Source: Candidatus Methylomirabilis sp. (GTDB lineage Bacteria > Methylomirabilota > Methylomirabilia > Methylomirabilales > CSP1-5). Taken from it: 48,411 nt of DNA. Below the pieces are notes generated by a model, which saw nothing but the letters and a program-made list of their open reading frames with translations, did not search any database and was not told the DNA's origin. The DNA is taken from assembly GCA_012974305.1 (NCBI GenBank), contig JAAXQN010000022.1, positions 1-48,411 of the forward strand. The letters are read 5' to 3'. The translations under genes and the position numbers were made by a program. This document shows, one piece after another, positions 1 through 9,276 of this stretch (position 1 is the first letter of the stretch; each line of letters opens with the position of its first letter).

Positions 1-2
1 GA

Positions 3-128
3 TGGGGGTTAATCATCCTGATCGTGGCTGGACTTGCCCTCTTAAGCAAGGATCACCCCTGGGCCAGGCGACGGCTCGAGCAGATAAAGGCCCGGTTGAA
101 ACGTAGGAAAAGGAAACAAGGGGAATGA
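3..128 (+). CDS. 3' end of small membrane protein, PGPGW-family-like (5' truncated by window)
   Basis: Hand translation: WGLIILIVAGLALLSKDHPWARRRLEQIKARLKRRKRKQGE*. Hydrophobic helix, 'GLALLS..PWARR' and basic tail resemble PGPGW proteins. Confidence 0.6.
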   Translation, partial: WGLIILIVAGLALLSKDHPWARRRLEQIKARLKRRKRKQGE

Positions 129-142
129 GGAATTCGGTGTGA

Positions 143-2116
143 CTAGCCACCGATCAGCATCAGGCCAATGCCGACGGCAAATACGAGGATGGAGAGGCCG
201 AGTTTTGCCAGATAGACGTAGCAGCGGTGAACGGTCTTATTGTACGAGAGGTTGTTCATTTCCACATACGGGGTCGGCGCCCTGCGGTACCAGCCCTCGA
301 TGACGACTTCCTTTCCGATAATTCCGGGTGTCCGAAAGATGCCGAACAGAAACTCGATGATTCTCAGGGGTTGTCGGTAATCAAGGAAAATAAAGCCGGT
401 CTCGTCTTGAAGCACCAGGTCTGCCGAGTAGACCAGGCCGGGGATGCCTCGCCCGATGATTTTCCCGCTCAGGGTGACGGGGACGGATCTGATGGCAGAC
501 ACTTTGACCTTCTTCAAGAGTGTCGCCACGGAGGCGTCGACGAAGGGTCCCCCTGGATAGGCAAAGACGGTCCGAATCAACGACCCGATCCCGACAGCGG
601 CGATAACCAGACCATACGCCTTGCCAATCCATGAGACATCCTGAAAGACCTTTGGACCGACAAGAGTGAGTGCGGCGAATGGCAACACGAACGGGAAGGT
701 CATCATCAAGAGGTCTACGAAGAACTCGTCCCAGTAACTCTCTGGCTTCTTCACACTGAAAGTCACAAAGGGTTTCTTTTGGTAATGCCAGGAAAGGTCT
801 CCCAGGGCCTGAATCCGCTTCGCTGGCAAGGGATGGGTGGAAGCAAGCTCGTAGAAGCGGGCCCAGGGGTTCCAGAGGTCCCACTGCATGGCGCCGACGA
901 CATTCTCCTGGCTGAACGTCGTTCCGCCGCCGCCGGTGGCCAAGTGAAGGGCAGCCTGGGGATCAAAGATTCCGAGGGCCCTCACCGCCCTCATGGGTGA
1001 GCGCTCTTTCTCCTTTGCCTCTTCGCGACGGGCGGCCGCCAATCCGTAGGCGATCTTCACCAGTGCCCGTGACAAGGCGTTGGGATCCTGAGTGAGGCGT
1101 CCCGCAAACTGGTCGGCGTAGTACTCGCGGGCTCTGGAAAGGAAGAGGACGACGTACTCAGAGATCACGTAGAGGACGAAGCACCCGACGGCGATCAGGG
1201 GTAAGGGATTGCCCCTGCCGCTCGGTCTTGCGGTGATGAGGACTCTGTACAGGTAATAGAGCAGGATCGGGGCCAAGGAGGCCATGGTCATGACCAGCAT
1301 GTCCCAATGAAGGACGTGCCCCATCTCATGGGCGGCCACGGCCTGAAGCTCGTCCTCATCCAGCATCTCGATGAGGCCCGAGGTGAAGATCAGGCGGGCA
1401 TCGCCAGGGTAACGGCCGTAGGTGAACGCGTTCGGGTTGCCGTCGTGGATAATACCCACTCTGGGGAAGGGGATTTCCTTGACCTGGCAGATCTTGTCAA
1501 TGAAGGCCGCGAGATGGGGGGGAAGCTCCTCTGGTGAGACCCAGCGGGTGGATTGGAGGTACCTCAGGAACAGGTCCATGATGAAAGGGGAGACGACGTA
1601 CTGGATAACGATGACAGCGATGGCTAAGAGGACGGCAAGCTCGAGCGCTGCACCAAAGGCCTCCACCGCCAGGAGAAGGACGAGGAAGACCATCCCATAG
1701 AGGGAGAGAAGGACCGCGGTGGATCGAAAGGCAAGATTAGGCAGCCGGGGTAACGGTGTGGAAGGCGGAGCAGCGGAAGGCTCAGCCCGTGTTGTTGACC
1801 TCGTAGAGAAGCCGGCGCCCCGGTCCACAGAGACCGCCAATTTCGTCGAAGCGACCTGGTCCAGCCTTGCCCTCTCTGCGGCGTCTAACCACAGGCCCCT
1901 GCAGTTTGCGCAGCGATCGACGAGGAGATCGGGTGATCCCAATCCCCCCTTCTCGAGAGGAATATGACAACGGGGGCAGCGAATTCGAGAAGGCAAAGAG
2001 GAAAGGAGCGGCTCATCGAGCAGGGGTTTGAGTTGCCGGGGGTGTTTGGAGAAGAAGAGTAGTTCACCCCTGTCGTACCAGGTCCCCTTACACGTGGGAC
2101 AGAAATCCACCAACAC
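143..2116 (-). CDS. HtpX-like M48 zinc metalloprotease with N-terminal TFIIB-type Zn-ribbons and C-terminal extension
   Basis: NAFTYG, HEMGH, SRAREYYAD and STHP M48 motifs; N-terminal CPTC..WYDRGE and CPRC..VDRCANC..WLD; several TM helices. Confidence 0.85.
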   Translation of the reverse strand: MLVDFCPTCKGTWYDRGELLFFSKHPRQLKPLLDEPLLSSLPSRIRCPRCHIPLEKGGLGSPDLLVDRCANCRGLWLDAAERARLDQVASTKLAVSVDRGAGFSTRSTTRAEPSAAPPSTPLPRLPNLAFRSTAVLLSLYGMVFLVLLLAVEAFGAALELAVLLAIAVIVIQYVVSPFIMDLFLRYLQSTRWVSPEELPPHLAAFIDKICQVKEIPFPRVGIIHDGNPNAFTYGRYPGDARLIFTSGLIEMLDEDELQAVAAHEMGHVLHWDMLVMTMASLAPILLYYLYRVLITARPSGRGNPLPLIAVGCFVLYVISEYVVLFLSRAREYYADQFAGRLTQDPNALSRALVKIAYGLAAARREEAKEKERSPMRAVRALGIFDPQAALHLATGGGGTTFSQENVVGAMQWDLWNPWARFYELASTHPLPAKRIQALGDLSWHYQKKPFVTFSVKKPESYWDEFFVDLLMMTFPFVLPFAALTLVGPKVFQDVSWIGKAYGLVIAAVGIGSLIRTVFAYPGGPFVDASVATLLKKVKVSAIRSVPVTLSGKIIGRGIPGLVYSADLVLQDETGFIFLDYRQPLRIIEFLFGIFRTPGIIGKEVVIEGWYRRAPTPYVEMNNLSYNKTVHRCYVYLAKLGLSILVFAVGIGLMLIGG

Positions 2117-2299
2117 GCCCTGGGCAAGAGGGGGAATGGTATCTGTTTGAGGGTTTGCAACTTTTATACCTACCTTCGATCAGGGGATGCTCTCGGCCTT
2201 CGGACTTGAGCGCCTCGGCCCTCTGGGGTACCATGCCTATATAATAGGTTAAAGGTCATTTGGGACTCTGTTGATGTACTGTGGCGTGGGGGAGGAAAG

Positions 2300-3001
2300 A
2301 TGGACTTCAGGACGCAGGGAGCCAAGTTGCAAAGCCTGCTAGACCTTCGATCGCCGCCGGTGGCACTGGCGTTCAGATCGGTGCCGCCGCCGAATGTCCA
2401 TCGGATCAGTGAACCCGCGCCGGCGGGATGTGGCTACTGGAAGCTGGCCGCCGACGGTCAGGTTTTTTTTACGGAAGCCTCGGACCACTACAACTGTCCA
2501 ATCGGAGCCCACACCCACGGTGTTGATCTGCCGGCCGAGGCCGCACGGGAGCTTGAGTCGCTCGTGGCGACGATGGTCCAGGTCGAATACATCACCACGG
2601 AGGATTTGCCCAAAATTCCACGACGCACCGCGGCGTTCGGCGTCGCCGTCTATGCCCCGTTGACAGCAGCACCGGTTGACCCGGACGTGGTCCTCGTGCG
2701 GGGGAATCCTAAGCAGATGATGCTGGTAGCGGAAGCTGCACAGGCTGCAGGGATCGGCCGCGAGATGGCGGCCAAACTTCGGCCGACCTGCGCCATCGTC
2801 CCGGAGGCGGCCGAGGCGGGACAAGCCAGCCTAAGTCTTGGATGCATCGGCAACCGGGTCTACACGGGGCTGGGCGATGATGAACTGTACTGCGCCATTC
2901 CGGCTTCCCAGATTGCTGCCGTCGTGAGAAAACTCGAGACCATTATTACCGCAAACCGCGAACTGGAAATTTTCCACCATCAACGTAAGTCCGGATCCTA
3001 G
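2300..3001 (+). CDS. DUF169-family protein
   Basis: RBS GGAGG; motifs PVAL, GCGYW, CPIGA, DPDVVLV, SLGCIGNR typical of DUF169. Confidence 0.75.
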   Translation: MDFRTQGAKLQSLLDLRSPPVALAFRSVPPPNVHRISEPAPAGCGYWKLAADGQVFFTEASDHYNCPIGAHTHGVDLPAEAARELESLVATMVQVEYITTEDLPKIPRRTAAFGVAVYAPLTAAPVDPDVVLVRGNPKQMMLVAEAAQAAGIGREMAAKLRPTCAIVPEAAEAGQASLSLGCIGNRVYTGLGDDELYCAIPASQIAAVVRKLETIITANRELEIFHHQRKSGS

Positions 3002-3081
3002 TGCCGTTCCAACTATTTATGCCAACTTTCTCGCTGCACTCGATCACGACCCTTGCAACAAGGCAGGCTGCTCAAATTCGG

Positions 3082-3120
3082 CCCCTCGATCTTCCTCGGG
3101 GTGGTGAGCCTGTCGAACCA
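3082..3120. repeat. REP-like palindrome (TCGA..CTCGGGG / TGAGCCTGTCGAACCA type)
   Basis: CCCCTCGATCTTCCTCGGGGTGGTGAGCCTGTCGAACCA; related to the palindrome at about 3937-4011. Confidence 0.55.
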
Positions 3121-3241
3121 CTTATCAAGTTGCAACGGCACGAGTGTCGTCACTGGATGCGAACATTCCTCCGCGCCCGAAGCCGAAAGAGAAGCGTGGC
3201 GCAGCCTCGGAAACACCGGTATGCCATGATGAGGTGCCGGG

Positions 3242-3895
3242 ATGATTATCGTGGCGTTGCCTGACATTCACGATGACGTGGGACGTCTTGGTACAGTTGC
3301 TGAAGATCTCTCTGCGGCCGACCTCGTCCTCTTGGTGGGGGATCTCACGAATTTCGGTCGGCAGGCCGCTGCAGAACGCATCGTCCGGGCGGTGCGAAAA
3401 TATAACAGCCGCATTCTCGCGGTTCCGGGGAATTGTGATTATCCAGAGGTGGATGCGTACCTCACGCGTGAAGGGATCAACCTGCATCGCAAGAGCACAC
3501 TCATCGACGGGATAGCCTTTCTCGGTGTGGGGGGATCGCTTCCTTGTCCAGGGAGGACCCCGAATGAGTATTCGGACCGGGACTTCGAGGCCTTTCTCGC
3601 GGAGGCAGCATCTGACCTCAGGCCCGATGCACCCGTAATCCTCATATCCCATCAACCCCCTCGGAACACGGTGAATGACCTCGTGGGCATTGGAAGGCAT
3701 GTCGGCAGTGAATCCGTCCGGGCCTTCATTGAAACGGTACAACCACTGCTTTGCTTTACGGGACACATCCACGAAGGAAGAGGGATGGATTCCATCGGAC
3801 GAACGAAGGTGATCAATCCGGGCCCCTTGTGGACCGGAAACTATGCCTATGCGAAGGTCAGCGGGAATAATGCAGAGGTCGAGGTACGGCCCTAG
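3242..3895 (+). CDS. Calcineurin-like metallophosphoesterase
   Basis: DIH, GDLT, PGNCD, SHQPP, GHIHE motifs. Confidence 0.9.
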   Translation: MIIVALPDIHDDVGRLGTVAEDLSAADLVLLVGDLTNFGRQAAAERIVRAVRKYNSRILAVPGNCDYPEVDAYLTREGINLHRKSTLIDGIAFLGVGGSLPCPGRTPNEYSDRDFEAFLAEAASDLRPDAPVILISHQPPRNTVNDLVGIGRHVGSESVRAFIETVQPLLCFTGHIHEGRGMDSIGRTKVINPGPLWTGNYAYAKVSGNNAEVEVRP

Positions 3896-4086
3896 CCCGG
3901 ATTATTCACATAGAAGTAAATAATCTGCCCTCCGGGCTTCGACTCCGCCCCGCGTGTGCGGGGCGTCGCTCAGGGCTAGCGTTGAGCGGGCCGCGCAAGC
4001 GGCCTGTCGAAACCTGCCGGTGCGGCCGAGCCCGCACCTGCAGGCGCATTATTCACGAAGACCCCGGTTCGTGAATAATGCGGGCT
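3894..4086. repeat. MITE/REP-like composite with 16-bp terminal inverted repeats and nested hairpins
   Basis: AGCCCGGATTATTCAC (3894-3909) vs GTGAATAATGCGGGCT (4071-4086), 15/16 match; perfect 15-bp stem 4045-4059/4068-4082; internal CTTCGAC..GCTCAGG..TGAGC..GTCGAA palindrome. Confidence 0.7.
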
Positions 4087-4120
4087 GGGCTGCGTGAGGG
4101 GGTGGAGGGAAGACCCCTTG

Positions 4121-4942
4121 ATGTTTCAGGTGGGAATCAACAGTTTGACGTGCGAATCGGACGGGATCGTTGATGGTCTGCGAAGGATCGCGCGACATGG
4201 CTTTCGGCATGTGGAGATGTGGTGTAACTATGCCCATCTGGATCCCAGGCTGGGTGAGGATGTGACCATGGTCGGACAGATTCTGGAGGAGGAAGGACTT
4301 CGAGCGGTTTCGCTCCATGCCCCGTTCGAGTTCAGGGGGGAGAGATTGTCGGGAGAAACTCTCTGGGAGGCATGGGAGGGGCTCATGGCCCACGTCCTAG
4401 AGACCGCCCAGCATTTGAAAGTGGGGTTCGTCGTCGTACATCCTGTTCTTGTGTGGAGTTCCTTGGATCCGACCCAGGGTGGGCGCGAGATCGTTGCCTG
4501 CCAGGAGCACTCCCTGGGGAGAGTCGCTCGCCTGGCCGCAGGGCAAGGGATCAGGATTGCCTTGGAAAACCTTGGCAGGAAGACCGTCCCGGACCTGGCC
4601 CACCCAATAGCGTTGGTGGAGCTGGCTCACCGTCTTGGGGGGGACAATGTTGGTGTGTGCTTCGACACCGGGCACTGCCTGGTGAGCGGCCTCGACCCAC
4701 TGCGGGAGATGGATCATTGTGCCTCACAGGTGTATTCTTTTCACATACACGAGAATGACGGTGTGGAAGATCTCCACTGGGTCCCTGGAAAGGGACCCAT
4801 CGATTGGCCTCGGTTTCTTGATAAGCTCCGAACACTGAGGTACGAAGGGTCCGTCATTCTCGAGGTATGGGGTGGCAAGGATTCAGAGGATGTGATGCAG
4901 GACGCCAAGGCCTTTGTGAAGCGACACAACCTGCGTTCGTAA
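4121..4942 (+). CDS. Sugar phosphate isomerase/epimerase (xylose-isomerase-like TIM barrel)
   Basis: SLHAP, IALEN, CFDTGH, HIHEND, DLHWVPGKG, ILEV motifs; ATG after GGAGGG RBS. Confidence 0.85.
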   Translation: MFQVGINSLTCESDGIVDGLRRIARHGFRHVEMWCNYAHLDPRLGEDVTMVGQILEEEGLRAVSLHAPFEFRGERLSGETLWEAWEGLMAHVLETAQHLKVGFVVVHPVLVWSSLDPTQGGREIVACQEHSLGRVARLAAGQGIRIALENLGRKTVPDLAHPIALVELAHRLGGDNVGVCFDTGHCLVSGLDPLREMDHCASQVYSFHIHENDGVEDLHWVPGKGPIDWPRFLDKLRTLRYEGSVILEVWGGKDSEDVMQDAKAFVKRHNLRS

Positions 4943-4967
4943 AGAATTGAGGAGGTGCTGGGGAGTG

Positions 4968-5372
4968 ATGAGGAAGGGTGCCGAACGGCGGCTTCGGCCC
5001 CTAACGAAATACCTGTTGATCCAGGTACCCGGGTGGATTGTAGTAGCGGTGGCGCTGTCGTTGATTCGGCGATGGGTCGACCTTCCCGTCTGGGCCGCCA
5101 TCGGTGTGTTCCTCCTTTGGGTCATCAAGGACCTGGTCATGTTCCCGTTTGTCCGCCCGGCCTTTGAGGCTGGTGGAAAGAGCGGAGTCGATCGCCTCAT
5201 TGGGGCGCAAGGCATCGTTGAGGAGCGTCTGGCACCGTCGGGTTACATCCGCGTGCGTGGCGAGCTGTGGCGGGCCGAGGCACTCGAGACTGATGAGCCG
5301 ATTCATCAGGGGAGTCGGGTGAGGGTGCGGGCAGTCCGAGGCCTCACGCTCATCATTCAACCCGAAAAGTGA
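4968..5372 (+). CDS. NfeD-family membrane protein (short form, OB-fold C-terminus)
   Basis: Two TM helices then LIGAQGIV..GYIRVRGELWRA..GSRVRV..GLTLII. Confidence 0.85.
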   Translation: MRKGAERRLRPLTKYLLIQVPGWIVVAVALSLIRRWVDLPVWAAIGVFLLWVIKDLVMFPFVRPAFEAGGKSGVDRLIGAQGIVEERLAPSGYIRVRGELWRAEALETDEPIHQGSRVRVRAVRGLTLIIQPEK

Positions 5373-5454
5373 TAGGAGGTGTTGCAAGGCGGGGATCGCC
5401 ACGAACCGGCGAAGGATCAATTGATCATTCGATAAGAGACATAGGGGGAGGACC

Positions 5455-5985
5455 ATGTGGCAAGGGCGGCGCGTTGTGACCATATTTGGTAGCTCGCGTC
5501 CGGTTTCGGGCAGCTCTGCCTATGCCCGGGCTGAGAAGCTCGGCCTGGGTATCGCACGACACGGGTGGGTCCTGTGTAATGGGGGGTATGGGGGGACGAT
5601 GGCCGCTGCAGCCATGGGTGCGCGGCGTGGCGGCGGGGAGACGATTGGCATCACCTGTGCCTTATACAACGGAACCCCCAATCCGTACCTGACCTACCAC
5701 GAGGAAGCTCCCGATCTGTTGGCGCGGCTCGGCCGGTTGGTGGACCTCGGTGACGCCTACCTTATTCTACCAGGGGGGTCCGGCACGTTGCTCGAGTTCG
5801 CCCTGGTTCTCGAGTTCCTGCACAAGCGGCTCATGCCGCCGAAACCGGTGTTGCTTTTTGGCAACTACTGGCGCTCTATCCTCACTGCGGTTCGGCGCGA
5901 GGGTGGGGGCTCTGACACCGAGGCCCAGGTCGTAAGGACGCCGGAGGCGGTGTTGCAAGCGTTGGTAGGTGCGTGGGGCGCGTGA
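5455..5985 (+). CDS. LOG-family (lysine-decarboxylase-like) nucleotide phosphoribohydrolase
   Basis: IFGSS, NGGYGGTM, LPGGSGTLLE motifs; GGGGAGG RBS. Confidence 0.85.
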   Translation: MWQGRRVVTIFGSSRPVSGSSAYARAEKLGLGIARHGWVLCNGGYGGTMAAAAMGARRGGGETIGITCALYNGTPNPYLTYHEEAPDLLARLGRLVDLGDAYLILPGGSGTLLEFALVLEFLHKRLMPPKPVLLFGNYWRSILTAVRREGGGSDTEAQVVRTPEAVLQALVGAWGA

Positions 5986-6020
5986 TGAAAGAAGGAAAGC
6001 AGGAGGGAAGGTCTTCTGAC

Positions 6021-6293
6021 ATGGATCCACATCAAGAAGCTGAGCTGGATCTCGCTCTTCCAAGAGGAAGAAAATTTCGGATCGGGATAGGGCTGATGGT
6101 TATAAGTATGAGCGCCGTCTTATTTTATTTGGTGATTCCGTTCTTGCCAGTCTCATCCGATACCATGGTGCGCATGTTGGTCGGCGGATGGATCGTGAGT
6201 TGGGGTTTATTCTTCGTCGGGACGCTCCTGGCGGGAAAGAAAGGGTATCCCTACCTCAAACGGATCATCCGAAAGCGGTTTCAAAAAAGATAG
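6021..6293 (+). CDS. Small two-TM membrane protein (transporter-suffix-domain-like); start may be 5985
   Basis: Two hydrophobic helices, 'IPFLP', 'GTLLAGK' and basic tail. Confidence 0.6.
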   Translation: MDPHQEAELDLALPRGRKFRIGIGLMVISMSAVLFYLVIPFLPVSSDTMVRMLVGGWIVSWGLFFVGTLLAGKKGYPYLKRIIRKRFQKR

Positions 6294-6311
6294 AGCTCGG
6301 GCGAGCCAGCC

Positions 6312-6340
6312 TTGTCACCCCTCGAGTGCGATGGTATCAT
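6312..6340 (+). promoter_or_regulatory. Putative sigma-70 promoter
   Basis: TTGTCA-17 nt-TATCAT with TG at the extended -10 position, 30 nt before the M48 ATG. Confidence 0.5.
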
Positions 6341-6370
6341 CCGTCGGTGCATTCCGCGGGAGGAGCAGCG

Positions 6371-7210
6371 ATGTGGCAGCAGTGGCAGCACAAGGTTGTG
6401 GGAATCGTCCTTCCGCTGCTCTTCGTTCTGGCATCCTGTGTCACCGCCCCCTCCGGGCGCACTCAGCTCATTCTCATCTCGCCGGAACAGGAAAGCCAGC
6501 TGGGGGTCGATGCTTTTCAGCAGGTCCTCTCGAAAGAGGAGATCACTCACGATCCTAAGCTCCAGGGGGCGGTGGACCGGATCGGGTGGCGGATTGCGAG
6601 GGCGGCCAACCTGACCGATGCCGAATGGGAGTTCGTGGTGATCGACGATCCTGAGACGGTCAATGCATTTGCGCTTCCGGGAGGTAAAGTCGGGGTCTAT
6701 ATCGGCATCTTCCCTGTCGCCAGGACCGAGGGAGGGCTGGCGGCTGTTATGTCCCACGAGGTGGCCCATGTGATGGCACGGCACGGGGCAGAGCGCCTCA
6801 GCCAAGGGCTCTTGGCCCAGCTGGGGGCGGTAGCCATCCAGGCCGGAATGTCTGGAAGCGATCCTGGCGTTGTGCGGGGTGTCATGACCGCCTATGGCCT
6901 CGGAGCAACCGTCGGCGTTCTTCTCCCCTATAGCCGCCTTCAGGAATCAGAGGCGGACCGGATTGGGGTGATCCTGATGGCGAAAGCGGGCTACGATCCC
7001 AAGGAAGCGGTACACGTGTGGGAGCGGATGGCACGGGAGGACGGACGTCGCCCGCCCGAGTTCCTCTCGACTCACCCAGATCCCGAAAGTCGTATTCAGG
7101 ATCTCAAGGCGTTGATGCCAAACGCCCTGAGACACTACCGGCCCTTGCCGGATCAGGTCAACGACAGCACCCGCCTCCTCCCCGGCGTGAGGGGTCAGGA
7201 TACCTGGTAA
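6371..7210 (+). CDS. M48 family metallopeptidase lipoprotein (LoiP/Oma1-like)
   Basis: Lipobox LASC; NAFALPGG, HEVAH, YSRLQESEAD, FLSTHP; RBS GGAGGAG. Confidence 0.9.
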   Translation: MWQQWQHKVVGIVLPLLFVLASCVTAPSGRTQLILISPEQESQLGVDAFQQVLSKEEITHDPKLQGAVDRIGWRIARAANLTDAEWEFVVIDDPETVNAFALPGGKVGVYIGIFPVARTEGGLAAVMSHEVAHVMARHGAERLSQGLLAQLGAVAIQAGMSGSDPGVVRGVMTAYGLGATVGVLLPYSRLQESEADRIGVILMAKAGYDPKEAVHVWERMAREDGRRPPEFLSTHPDPESRIQDLKALMPNALRHYRPLPDQVNDSTRLLPGVRGQDTW

Positions 7211-7213
7211 ACC

Positions 7214-7972
7214 ATGGTTATGTTTCCAGAGAAGGGTACAGTCTTTTTTCCCGATTCTTTGATGATCGGAACCCCGGCAGATTTGGGGCTTGCCTATGAA
7301 GAGGTCTTCTTTGAGACCGAGGATAGGATCAAACTTCACGGGTGGTACGTCCCGCATGAAAGCAGTCGTGTTGCCCTGCTCTGGTTTCACGGCAATGCAG
7401 GGAATATCAGCTACCGGCTGGAAAATCTCGCACTTTTGCATAAACTGGTCGGGGTGAATATTTTCATCTTCGATTATCGAGAGTACGGAAGGAGCGAAGG
7501 GGAGATCTCCAAGGCCGGCACGTTCAGTGATGCCTTTGCTGCCTTCGGGTATTTATGCGGCCGGGCCGAGTTGGACCCGAACCGCATCGTCCTCTTCGGT
7601 CGATCGTTGGGCACAGCCCTCGCAACCGCCGTGGCGGCCGAGCGCGACTGTCTCGGCGTCATTCTGGAATCGACCTTTACATCCACCGATGATGTAATGC
7701 GTATGTACTTTCAATTCCTTCCCCCCCTGCCAGCCGGCACGGTCAAATACGATACCCTCTCGTTGATCGGAAAAGTGAAAGCACCCACGATGGTCATCCA
7801 CGGGGAGTATGACGAAATGATCCCGCTGTGGATGGGGGAACGGGTGTACGAGGCGGCCAGAGAGCCAAAAGAGTTCTACCTTATCCGCGGATCAGCGCAC
7901 AACGACACGTACATAGCGGGAGGGGAGGAGTACTTCACCAAGCTGAAAGACTTCATCGACCGTCTCCGTTGA
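7214..7972 (+). CDS. Alpha/beta hydrolase (Bem46/ABHD13-like)
   Basis: FHGNAGN, DYREYGRSEG, GRSLG nucleophile, HGEYDE, AHND. Confidence 0.9.
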   Translation: MVMFPEKGTVFFPDSLMIGTPADLGLAYEEVFFETEDRIKLHGWYVPHESSRVALLWFHGNAGNISYRLENLALLHKLVGVNIFIFDYREYGRSEGEISKAGTFSDAFAAFGYLCGRAELDPNRIVLFGRSLGTALATAVAAERDCLGVILESTFTSTDDVMRMYFQFLPPLPAGTVKYDTLSLIGKVKAPTMVIHGEYDEMIPLWMGERVYEAAREPKEFYLIRGSAHNDTYIAGGEEYFTKLKDFIDRLR

Positions 7973-7979
7973 GGGGGTC

Positions 7980-8205
7980 TTGGGATTACGAGGAAAGGCC
8001 GGAACCATTTATACGATTGGCTCCAGCACCCGAGCGTTCTCGGAATTTCTTGAACTTCTCCGGATGTATGAGATTGCGACGCTTGTCGATGTGAGAATTA
8101 GCCCATATAGCAAGGGGTTCTCGAATTTTTGTTAAACAATCACTTTAGGAATTTTTACCCTTCCAAAGCGTTGGATATGTGTACCTCGGGAAGGAACTCG
8201 GCGGC
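7980..8205 (+). pseudogene. DUF488-family pseudogene (frameshift, nonsense codon, 3' loss)
   Basis: From TTG 7980: ..TIYTIGSSTRAFSEFLELLRMYEIATLVDVRISPYSKGFSNFC* (TAA 8133-8135). Shifted frame continues VKQSL*EFLPFQSVGYVYLGKELGG. Both parts match the DUF488 N-terminus. Confidence 0.7.
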
Positions 8206-8235
8206 GCCGACAACCCACCCCTTCCTCGCTCTTGG

Positions 8236-8303
8236 CGACATCGGACATCGGCCGTCGCGTACCGGACGTTGGACGTTGGACCTTGAACTTTGGACGTTGG
8301 ACC
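8236..8303. repeat. Tandem heptamer array (GGACGTT)n
   Basis: GGACGTT GGACGTT GGACCTT GAACTTT GGACGTT GGACC (8264-8303), plus CGACATC GGACATC upstream. Confidence 0.75.
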
Positions 8304-8304
8304 C

Positions 8305-9276
8305 ATGAAAAGAGTCATCATCGATACGGATCCCGGGATTGACGATGCGCTTGCCCTTTTCCTGGCTTTAAGATCGCCAGAGATGCGGGTGGAGGCGATC
8401 ACCACCGTGGCGGGCAACGCCTCGGTTGAGAACTGCACCCGAAACGCCTTCCGCGTCCTAGAGCTCCTGAACCCGGAACCCCGCCCAATAGTCGCCCAAG
8501 GTGCGGCCCGTCCTCTCGAGCGTGAACACCGGGGTGCCGAGGAGGTGCATGGCAGCGACGGGCTTGGGGAGCTGTCCCGCTATCAGAATCCGGACGGCAG
8601 CCCTCGATATCCCGAGCCACGGGAAGGTCCGGCACCGACGCATGCAGCCGACCTGATTCTCGAGCTCATCGGTCGTTACCCGGGTGAAATGAGCCTGATC
8701 ACCCTCGGCCCGCTCACCAACGTTGCCCAAGCCCTGCTCAGGGATCGCGACACCATGGGAAAGGTTCAGCAGGTGATCTGTATGGGCGGTGCCGTTCTTG
8801 TCCCGGGGAACACCTCGCCGACCGCAGAGTTCAACATCGCCACCGACCCTGAGGCAGCCCGGATTGTGTTTACTTCCGGGCTCCCGCTGACGCTCATCCC
8901 CCTCGATGTGACGGAGCGTGTCCGCATCTCGGAAGAAGCGCTCAGAACCTGGGTGGAACCCCTCGCCGATCCCCCTGCCCAGTTCCTGCTGGACTGCACC
9001 GCGCAGGTCATTGCCTTTTCTGGAAAATTTGAGGGATTTCCCGGAATCATCCTCCACGATCCCCTGACCGTGGGCGTGGTGATTGACCGATCACTGGTAA
9101 AGACCCAGCCCCTGTATGTCCAGGTGGAGACACGGGGCGAGATCACTGCGGGGATGACGGTGGCGGATCGCCGCCCCTTCCGGGCAGAGGGAAGACCCAA
9201 CGTGGAGGTGGCCTTCGAGGTGGAGGCGGACCGCTTCCTCACTCTGTTCATGGAACGTTTATGCCGGCGGTCGTAG
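8305..9276 (+). CDS. Inosine/uridine-preferring nucleoside hydrolase
   Basis: IIDTDPGIDDA, VHGSDGLG, LGPLTN, MGGA, AEFN, LHDP. Confidence 0.93.
   Translation: MKRVIIDTDPGIDDALALFLALRSPEMRVEAITTVAGNASVENCTRNAFRVLELLNPEPRPIVAQGAARPLEREHRGAEEVHGSDGLGELSRYQNPDGSPRYPEPREGPAPTHAADLILELIGRYPGEMSLITLGPLTNVAQALLRDRDTMGKVQQVICMGGAVLVPGNTSPTAEFNIATDPEAARIVFTSGLPLTLIPLDVTERVRISEEALRTWVEPLADPPAQFLLDCTAQVIAFSGKFEGFPGIILHDPLTVGVVIDRSLVKTQPLYVQVETRGEITAGMTVADRRPFRAEGRPNVEVAFEVEADRFLTLFMERLCRRS

Noticed and set aside
2180-2182. In-frame UGA upstream of the M48 gene as a second Sec codon
   Set aside because: No Cys-aligned motif, and no in-frame ATG seen in the region examined upstream.
3001-3267. ORFs 3001-3264 (+) and 3013-3267 (-)
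   Set aside because: They cross the REP-like palindrome, lack motifs and overlap the next gene; probably spurious.
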